Source of the DNA: Tetramitus jugosus
Lineage: Eukaryota > Protista > Heterolobosea
Assembly (NCBI GenBank): GCA_937625935.1
Contig: OW569361.1
Coordinates: forward strand, 186,001 to 250,000
Length of the DNA stretch: 64,000 bases
Direction: 5' to 3'
Positions 56,409 through 64,000 of the stretch are shown here, one piece after another (the stretch's first letter is position 1; each line of letters opens with the position of its first letter). The notes beneath the pieces are model-generated. The model ran no database searches and was not told where the DNA came from. It saw only the letters and a program-made list of their open reading frames with translations. The translations under genes and the position numbers were made by a program.

Positions 56409-59336
56409 TTAAATGAATCCCATTGACTGCTTGTACGTGAGTTCCTCTTCGACCGTAAAATGATCGTTCCGCCAATCTCTTGAGCTGGTCCGCTTTCTTG
56501 TGGCAACTTCCGTGTTAGCGAGAGAAGGGCCAAAAATCTCATTCAGATCGCATGTTGTTACTGGAGCAAAGATGAGGTCAGGATCGAGCTGAGTGGAACG
56601 CAAGATCTGTTCTTTCAGTCCAGACCCCGAAGCCCAGTTAGGAATTCTCTTTCCGACTCTCCTTCTCATTTCTTGTTCCTCGTCCTCTCCACAATCAGAT
56701 TCGAGACTCAACCGATATGTATCCATACTTGTCCTTGGTACCTCAGGAGCAGGTTGCGAATTCGTGTTCACCTTAATGTCTGTCAGATCTGGCTTTTTAA
56801 AACCTGGTTTCGTTGCTACTGGTTTTGTACCAGGTTTGACTTGAGTAGAAGTGCTGGTTGGCTTAATGATCTTACTAGGACCACTTGGTGCGGCTTTTGG
56901 TTTGTCGTCCTTCTTCAATTCATCCCTCTTTTTCTTTTGTGCCTCCAGATTTTCTCTGAGTTTCTTCTTCTTAGCATCTGCTGCCCGTTCCTTTTCGAGT
57001 CTTCGTTGTTCTTCCTTCCTCTTGGCAAGTTCTGCTTGTTGTAAGCTTTTGATTGGTCCATGCTTCTTTTTCTTTTCTTCAGGTTTCTTGGCTTTTCCAC
57101 CAGTCAAGAAACTGCCCATACCACCGATAATGTTTTGAATCCATGTTTTTGGTTCAGATTGTGAACTGACATCACTTGCGCAACTCATCTTTCCTCCAAC
57201 ACTTGGATTCATTGTACTCACGGAGGTGAAGGACGACGTTGAAGAGATTGACAACTTCGACAATGCTTCATCACTCATTCTCATTTTCTTTGGTTCGTTG
57301 GACTGTGTTGAAATATCCTCATCTAACTTTCGTTTAGTTCCACTCTGAGTAGAATCCCGATTATCATCCTCATTCTCGATCAACGAGTTTGCAAGAGTAT
57401 TATTGTTACCCATTGATTTAGCACTTGAGGTTCGTTTAGGTTGAAAACTAATATGAATTGGAGATAGGTTTGCAGTGTCCGTATTCCAGTTGTTCTTGGG
57501 TTTCTGTGCAGTTGAATGCAAATATACGTCTTTGTTGGCTCTGATTTGTTTCAGCTCCTCATCAGTTGGTGGTCGAGGAGACAGGGAGACAAACTTAGTT
57601 GGTACAATGTGTAGTCTTGGAGGAGATTTTTGCACTGTTTTGGACTCTGGTGTCTCTGGAGAGTCAGGTTGTGCTGGCTCAACTTCAAAAAACTTTCTCG
57701 TTGTTGGAGGTGGACTGGAGTATCCAGTCGAATTACGCTCCATTATCTTCATCACATCAGGACTCAAGAAGGAAGCCGGTGCTGGCACAGTAAGTTTCTC
57801 AGGTGTCATACCTTGCCCTTTAAGAGCTTGAATCTTCTTTTCAAGATCCGAAAGCTGCAGAACTTGTGAAACGTTGCCACTTGAGTGATTGGTAACTTGA
57901 ATTTCAACAGTGGATTGATTGAGAGTTTGATTTTGCATCTGCAATTCGAGTTGCTGTCTCTCCATAAACTTCACAGGAGATTCATATGTATCCATTGGCT
58001 CAAATTGTTGTGGAACTGACAACATGATAGTATCATTGAATTCATCCTCCATGTAGTAGGCATCCTCGCTTGATGATCGTTCGGGGAATGGATCCAACTC
58101 CACTCCAGAGCGCCTGTCCTGCTCAAAATCAACAATCTGATTTTCACCAAAATGAACACCGTTAGTGATGGTTCTCTCTTCCTTTGTTGGAGTGTGAACA
58201 GTATTCTCTGGCAGGTTGTCAATGACACCTGTGTCTTCATCAAGTACAACCTCGACTACCTCCATCTCATCACCCATTGGAGCATCGGTTTGCTCTACAT
58301 CAATGATAATAGCCTCAGACTTGTTCGTTCTTGACTCTCTGGTCGATGTTTCTTCAGTTGGCTTTGGTGAAAGTGTGTAGCTTTCAATTACCATCGGTTC
58401 CGAAACTGTTTTTTCACTTTGCTTTTCAATTGCTTCAGATTGGTCATCAATCTCCATGGCATCCGAAGTAATGGGAGTCATTTCTGGTTCGTTTGATTGG
58501 ACATCAACTTCCTCTTGTACTGTTGGCGCAGTTGAGTTGTGGCCAGATACTACAGATTGTTCACCTGTAGGCTCAACCGATGTCGATTCTTTGATCTCGG
58601 TGGTGATTTCTGTAGTATTGTCATCGGCTGCATTCTTAGCTCTTCTGTTTCTTCTGGCCCTTCCCTTTCTAGAGATCACTTTCGTTATTGGTTGATTCTC
58701 CTCATCAGCTTTGGCAGTAGTTTCTTCATTGGCAGGCTTTTCATCACTTATTGGCTGCTCAAAAGTGTTGACAACATCAGGAGTTTCTTTCTCCTCGATT
58801 TCATCACTTGTAGAGTCGATTGTAGGTTTGATTGTCACTTGTGGCTCTTCGCAGGATTCTTCACGGGATTCTTCTTGAACGATTGGAGCAGATTCTGCTG
58901 TTGGAACATTTGTAACAGTTATTGTTGGTATCGAAGAAACATCTGATTCAGACAACTGAGTGGATGTAGTCCTCCTCCTGCGTCTTCTTCCAGTGCGAGG
59001 AACTACTGGAGTCTTGTGCTCTTCTTCGTTCTCCTCCTCTTGTGCATTGTTCTTCTTTTTAAGTGGGGTTTCGCTAAATATTATTTTACTGTTGTTGGTG
59101 GTGGTGTTGATAGATGGCAAGTCATTTTCCTTGTTCGATAAAGTAGTGGAAATAGTTCTCGTTGATTTCTTCTTGGTTTGAGGTGTGAATAACACGTGAC
59201 CTGTTCCTGCTTTGAATTGTCTGCAAGTGGTATCGACCATCTGCTCCAAGCAGTCCGATTGTTCAGTGTATAGTAATGTCAGCTCCCTCAGTGAGCCATC
59301 AGTCACATTTCTTAAAATGTTTACAATATTATCCAT
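56409..59336 (-). CDS. INCENP: Inner centromere protein INCENP (chromosomal passenger complex)
   Basis: C-terminal IN-box IPNWA...DPDLIF....CDLNEIF...RKRTSSRDW preceded by a charged single-helix region; disordered body with many S/T-P sites. Confidence 0.9.
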   Translation of the reverse strand: MDNIVNILRNVTDGSLRELTLLYTEQSDCLEQMVDTTCRQFKAGTGHVLFTPQTKKKSTRTISTTLSNKENDLPSINTTTNNSKIIFSETPLKKKNNAQEEENEEEHKTPVVPRTGRRRRRRTTSTQLSESDVSSIPTITVTNVPTAESAPIVQEESREESCEEPQVTIKPTIDSTSDEIEEKETPDVVNTFEQPISDEKPANEETTAKADEENQPITKVISRKGRARRNRRAKNAADDNTTEITTEIKESTSVEPTGEQSVVSGHNSTAPTVQEEVDVQSNEPEMTPITSDAMEIDDQSEAIEKQSEKTVSEPMVIESYTLSPKPTEETSTRESRTNKSEAIIIDVEQTDAPMGDEMEVVEVVLDEDTGVIDNLPENTVHTPTKEERTITNGVHFGENQIVDFEQDRRSGVELDPFPERSSSEDAYYMEDEFNDTIMLSVPQQFEPMDTYESPVKFMERQQLELQMQNQTLNQSTVEIQVTNHSSGNVSQVLQLSDLEKKIQALKGQGMTPEKLTVPAPASFLSPDVMKIMERNSTGYSSPPPTTRKFFEVEPAQPDSPETPESKTVQKSPPRLHIVPTKFVSLSPRPPTDEELKQIRANKDVYLHSTAQKPKNNWNTDTANLSPIHISFQPKRTSSAKSMGNNNTLANSLIENEDDNRDSTQSGTKRKLDEDISTQSNEPKKMRMSDEALSKLSISSTSSFTSVSTMNPSVGGKMSCASDVSSQSEPKTWIQNIIGGMGSFLTGGKAKKPEEKKKKHGPIKSLQQAELAKRKEEQRRLEKERAADAKKKKLRENLEAQKKKRDELKKDDKPKAAPSGPSKIIKPTSTSTQVKPGTKPVATKPGFKKPDLTDIKVNTNSQPAPEVPRTSMDTYRLSLESDCGEDEEQEMRRRVGKRIPNWASGSGLKEQILRSTQLDPDLIFAPVTTCDLNEIFGPSLANTEVATRKRTSSRDWRNDHFTVEEELTYKQSMGFI

Positions 59337-59557
59337 TATGATTGTTTGTTGCTTTGTTGTTGTTGTTGTTAATGATATGATGGGGGGTAGTTATTCAATG
59401 CTCAAGCACATTCGGCGTGAGAAGGATCTTATTCAACGTTGTCTCAAACAAAAAATAATTTAGCTTGCTGCTTTTCGTTTTCGCCCAAAAGATTTTTCGT
59501 TCTGTTGGACCAGAAAATTGAGTAACGGTAAAAAATTTTCGTCATCTGCCGCCTAAT

Positions 59558-60265
59558 TTATGTCGGGTTTAATTTTCGTTCAATGGCGGCCAATTCAAGC
59601 TTGAGGTTGGCCATTTGAGTGAACAACTTGAGGCAGGTTTGGAAATGAGTCTGTGCCGTCTGTACATGGGGTCTCACTGCTGTTCCAAACCAATAGACAG
59701 GGTCTTGCTTCTTCAGAAGGGCTTCCTTGTTTTCTTCGGTTTGTGGTTCGTCTTGTTCTTCTTCCTGCTTGGTTGTGGGCTTCTTCTTGGTATCCTCATC
59801 ATCGGTGGAAGCTTTTCCCTTTCTCTTTCTCAGCGTCGCAGATGCACTGCTATCGACAGTGTCTTCCGTTTCCTTGCCTCCTGTCTTTGAGCTTGAATGT
59901 TTCAAAAGTGTCAGTTGTCCCCGGTCGTCCACCTTGATCTTATACAATGGCTCAATCTCCAAGTGAGTAGGGACATGAAATCGAGTGATCGCGTCTTCAT
60001 TGTCGTCTCTTCGCCCAAGAGTAAACTCAAAAAGACCCTACAAAGATTTTGCACGGTCAGCAAACAATAAAACACAACCATAACAAAGCATGAATAAATG
60101 CTATGCTGAAAATTTGAAAGTCATTCAACAAAAACTGATCGATCGTACATTTTTGATCAAACTCGCAGCTTGTTTCGAGAGATCGTGATACTGTTCAATA
60201 ATGTCCAAATAATTGATTGTCAATTCCTCCACTGCCTCATCCTCTGGTTGTTCTTTCAATGCCAT
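59558..60265 (-). CDS. CCDC115: V-ATPase assembly factor Vma22/CCDC115; intron 60038-60148
   Basis: YLDIIEQY...LIKN|GLFEF; DPVYWFG.AV.PHVQTAQTHF matches the Vma22/CCDC115 DPxxWFG motif. Confidence 0.85.
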
Positions 60266-60405
60266 TCTCTCTTTTTGTTTTCGAAGCTTTGATTGGAAGG
60301 AAACAACCCGCCCCGGTTCAACCAAAATGCTGAGAAGAAAAAGCCACAAAAAAAAATTTCACAAACAACAGTCAAATCACATTCGACCAACAACCATACG
60401 GAAGC

Positions 60406-61897
60406 ATGTTGCGACACAAAAGCAGAATTCAAACAGTGGTACAACAACACCTTAAAATTCATCATCACCACCACATATTCTCTCCCACCACTTCAACTCC
60501 ATTCTCTCATTTTTCATCCATCATTCAAAACAACAACAACAACAACAACAATACCAATACCAATCATAATAATAGTAGCCATGCAACAACTACCACTACA
60601 GCACTAGAAGTGGATCAAAGACAACAAGAATCATATCATGTACACAGTGTAAAGAGAGATGTTCAACTGTTTCAACAACCCATTCATAAGCAGAGTGATT
60701 TACTGTTGAGAGATTTGTCATTTTTGGTGCAGGATGCCAATGATTCCGAACGTACGTCTATTGCTTTTTTTTTGTGAGTTATCAACTCGTTCGTTATCAT
60801 CCTAATATTAACATGTCATTATTCATTTTGTTGTTGTTGTTATTGTTATTGTTGTTTTTTTACTCTTGGATATAGGAACTGTTGTGTCAAAGAATGAACA
60901 AGACAGAAACACAATGCTCGTCTATGCACTGAAACCAGTGTCATTGACAGATTCACAGAGAAGAGAACTCGTGTTGCATGAACCATTTTCCTATGTCAAG
61001 AGAAGAGTTGTTCAACTGAAACAAGTCAGAGTGATTGAACAATGGATTCAATCCAATTTTTTCTCCATGGTTTTCAACGCGAGAGACATGATTGATCCAC
61101 ACCTGGTCAAATGCTTCATCAACAGAGCCATGCTCAAGAAGAGAGAGAGAAATTTAGTGTACGAATTCAATCGATCCAACTTGCAATTGGAGATGCAGGG
61201 CTATGCTCATTTGGATTATGCCATTTCACGTTATTTGCACGATTTCAGAGCAGATCAGAGAAGAAGAGGAAGTGAAGAATATGCGTTGATGAACAGTGAG
61301 AAGAAGAGCACTACTGATGGAGCAAGAGTAGCCGAGGTCGGAGAAGGAGCGGAAGCAGAAGAGGAAGAAAACATGTTGCTTGACTTTTCTCACGATCAAC
61401 AGTTGACTCATATTAAATCTCTGTTGATTCATCAGGACACTCTGCGGTTGTTTGCTCAGAGCATAGGAATCAATGATGAATTGTTGGTTCATTTCCAAGA
61501 TTTTCCACAACAAAAGACTGGACTCGATATTCTCATGTCCATCATTGGTCAAACAAGTAATTTAATTGGTGTGGAGCAATCTCGGCGGCTGTTGACAGAG
61601 TACATGATTCCTGCTTTATTGCAAATCATTGAGGAGAATCCGGTGCCAGAGATAAAGACGGAAGACCTCGTGAGAAGTCTGTGTCAAGAGCTGTACAAGC
61701 AAGATCCAGTGCTACAGATGAGAGAGTACAATATGAAGTTTGGTAGAGGCTACAGGATTATATACAGTACACTTGTCATTGTTGATCAATCCATCAAGGG
61801 TCAAGGCTTAGCGAACGATATTCAACAATCAAAGGACATGGCACTACGCAATGCATATGATCAGCTGCAAAGCGAATCTACGGATGCACTTTTATAA
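60406..61897 (+). CDS. Degenerate RNase III domain plus dsRBD protein, probably mitoribosomal mL44-like; intron 60752-60875
   Basis: SNLQLEMQGYAHL is a degenerate RNase III signature (NERLEFLGD) lacking the catalytic Asp; C-terminal dsRBD-like GQGLANDIQQSKDMALRNA; basic N-terminus compatible with a mitochondrial presequence. Confidence 0.65.
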
Positions 61898-62313
61898 AGC
61901 AATAATTGTCTCATCCTCTCTCTAATCAGTTATTCCAATCTGAAAATCAGGTCCGGTGATAGATTGTTGTGGTCACTTGAAATCGGGAGCTTCTTGACAC
62001 CATCATCACCATAATGATTTCCCATCTTTAGTTCCTTGAACACCAGGATAGTGCAAATCCAAAAACTGTTCTCAAAAAATGTTGTCTATTGGTCACAACA
62101 ACAAACTCGTATCGATGTGTCAACGATTGAAGAATCGTTGAAGACACATTTAACAGATATGGGTTGCTTAGAGCGTTGAAGCTTGCGACCTCAGGACGTA
62201 TTGGTCCATGTTAGTCCATGTTCTCAAATGTCATCTAAAGAAGGAACATAAAATTGTAATTTTTCCTTGAAAATCTTCACATCATTACCGTCACATCCAT
62301 TTGAAAACAAATC

Positions 62314-62688
62314 ATGAACAATGCGATCTACTACCCTCAACCACACAAACTGCAACAACATTGCAATTTTGATGGCGCAGCTGATGCCATAGAACACTTT
62401 GATACAACAACAGCTGAAGTTGACTCCTCTCCTACTACTCCTATGGTTTCTGGCCCAGTGATGCCTCATCCTGATGAGACCAATGCCCTAGTCTTGCTGT
62501 TGTTGAGCTTCTTTATCGGGATGGCATCGATCACGCTGTGGGTCGTCATCTTTGTCATGTACAGGAATAGTCCATCAGAGAGGGCCAGAATGTATGCCAA
62601 GATTGCTGCCATTTTCACCAGTGGGGTCATCCTTTTCTTTGTCTATGTTTTCTTGTTGGCGCTCCATTCTTTCTCTCTTGAGAGTTAG
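62314..62688 (+). CDS. Small two-TM membrane protein (124 aa)
   Basis: ATG in an AAATCATG context; two TM segments separated by YRNSPSERARMYAK. Confidence 0.65.
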   Translation: MNNAIYYPQPHKLQQHCNFDGAADAIEHFDTTTAEVDSSPTTPMVSGPVMPHPDETNALVLLLLSFFIGMASITLWVVIFVMYRNSPSERARMYAKIAAIFTSGVILFFVYVFLLALHSFSLES

Positions 62689-63741
62689 CCGGTCTACTGA
62701 AGCACGGTCGCAACTCAACTCGTTCTTCCGAAGCGAAGTATGTTCAAGTTCAACTGCGGAAAGGTTTTCCAATAAACAGTACTGCAACATTTAAATCAGT
62801 CTATTCACTAGTGGAGCCACCGACAACTGTCCAGAAGATTCAAGTGTCCTGCTGTACGAATCATTCTCTGTTTGTGGTAGTGTCAGAGGAGTGTTTTATT
62901 GTGAATTAGAATTTTTCCACTTTCCCAAACAAGCTATTCGTGACATAGCAAAAGGTGTTGATGCGATACAACTATTGTCGTCAGTAGATAACATTTGTTT
63001 CTATTGCCATAAGATCAGGTTGAGCACCACATGTTAAGTTGACAAAACTCACACCCCAATCAGACACGAGCAACAACGCCAGAGGACCTACCTGAATGGA
63101 AGTGAAAGACGGAAGATATGTAGTAGTATGTTGCTGGATGTCCTCTCCACAAGCTGCTCTGAACCGAACAGAGAGCCAATATTTTTTCCCTCTGCCTAAA
63201 TCTGTGTGTCAGAAAAGTTATGGTTTCAGCGATTTTTCATCTGGATACTTCGAGCCGACTACAGAGTAAGCCATCGTTGTTTCAGGAGGCTGGTGCTTGC
63301 TTGATGATAGGATTATGTGAGGCATGTGGCACTGCATGACATTAAGGCTGTTTTGTTTGGTGATTATCCGTGGAATAGAGATGCTACGGAGGAGCATTTG
63401 ACTGCTTCAGTGAGAAGAGTGCTGGATTGGACTCAGGACGTTACACACAATGGTACCGACAGAAGCAAACTCCTTCTTCAAGTCATCACTGGTAGTTTCA
63501 AAGCTCAAGTTACCGGCATAGACCTTCTTGCCACTGACTAGAGCAGGGGAAGAAGTGTATCATCTCCATTCTTGGCTGCCATTGAAAAATTCCAAGAGTT
63601 CCAATAATCTTGCCCTTGATTGACACTTGGATTACAGCCACTCAAGGTTGACCAGATTGCCATTCTATGGCCAAGGGAAAAAGAGACTTGTGTGAGTTTG
63701 CCCACTAACGGAAATTTATTAACAGATTGATACTACACCAA

Positions 63742-64000
63742 CTAGTCCCTAAACTTGATTACAAATGACTTGAGGTTAGTTATGTCACTACCTCCAAAGA
63801 AGCGGAATCCTCGTATTTTTTCAGTACCAGTGAATGATGCAGTTCCAATCAGTTGATTGGTGCGTTTTTTAAAGAATGCGACTGATGTTCCTGAGGCATT
63901 GGGCCCAGAACCTGAGAATCCTTTCACTCCTTGTCCAGCGTGATCTGCTTTTACAAAGTAAACTTGGTTAGTTCCTGGTGCACTAGAGTTGGATTGAAGA
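63742..64000 (-). CDS. 3' end of a gene entering from beyond the window
   Basis: Frame is open from the window edge (LQSNSSAPGTNQVYFVKADHAGQGVKGFSG...FVIKFRD*); AATAAA on the minus strand at 63715-63720. Confidence 0.6.
   Translation of the reverse strand, partial: LQSNSSAPGTNQVYFVKADHAGQGVKGFSGSGPNASGTSVAFFKKRTNQLIGTASFTGTEKIRGFRFFGGSDITNLKSFVIKFRD

Noticed and set aside
60866-61897. RNase III protein as a Dicer/Drosha-like enzyme for the hairpins
   Set aside because: The catalytic signature is degenerate and the layout fits mitoribosomal mL44 better; it lies about 49 kb from the hairpins.
62116-62150. Short hairpin ATGTGTC-AACGATT/AATCGTT-GACACAT
   Set aside because: Only about 14 bp with a bulge; too short to distinguish from chance without further data.

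Overview
Gene-dense eukaryotic (protist-like) DNA with short GT-AG introns (about 65-140 nt), very short intergenic spacers and many CAA/GAT microsatellites. The intron-poor layout and gene content would fit a discoban/heterolobosean-type amoeboflagellate, but that is inference only. About 35 protein genes are recognisable, mostly housekeeping or cytoskeleton/trafficking: BIG/Sec7 ARF-GEF (partial), GH18, histidine acid phosphatase, F-box/LRR, VPS18, LAMTOR2, a CYFIP/CYRI-domain protein, RRP36, an RluA-type pseudouridine synthase, WD40, MTHFS, a B-box/filamin/NHL protein, a PfkB kinase, two RhoGEFs, a kinesin, RCC1-BTB, NAT10, INCENP, VMA22/CCDC115 and an mL44-like protein. The most unusual region is 7.5-12.0 kb: a tandem array of an unrecognised gene family with one intact copy, one frameshifted copy and one internally deleted relic. 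The two full-length copies share an upstream motif, and two units end in homologous ~200-nt fold-back hairpins (9078-9274 and 11702-11906) that differ in sequence but keep near-perfect arm pairing through compensatory changes. Other leads are a kinesin with a PH plus Ada2/SWIRM-like tail, a tandem coiled-coil gene pair in which only one member has a HEPN-like RNSIAH motif, and a stand-alone CYFIP N-terminal domain protein. No tRNA, rRNA, CRISPR array or recognisable transposase was found by eye.
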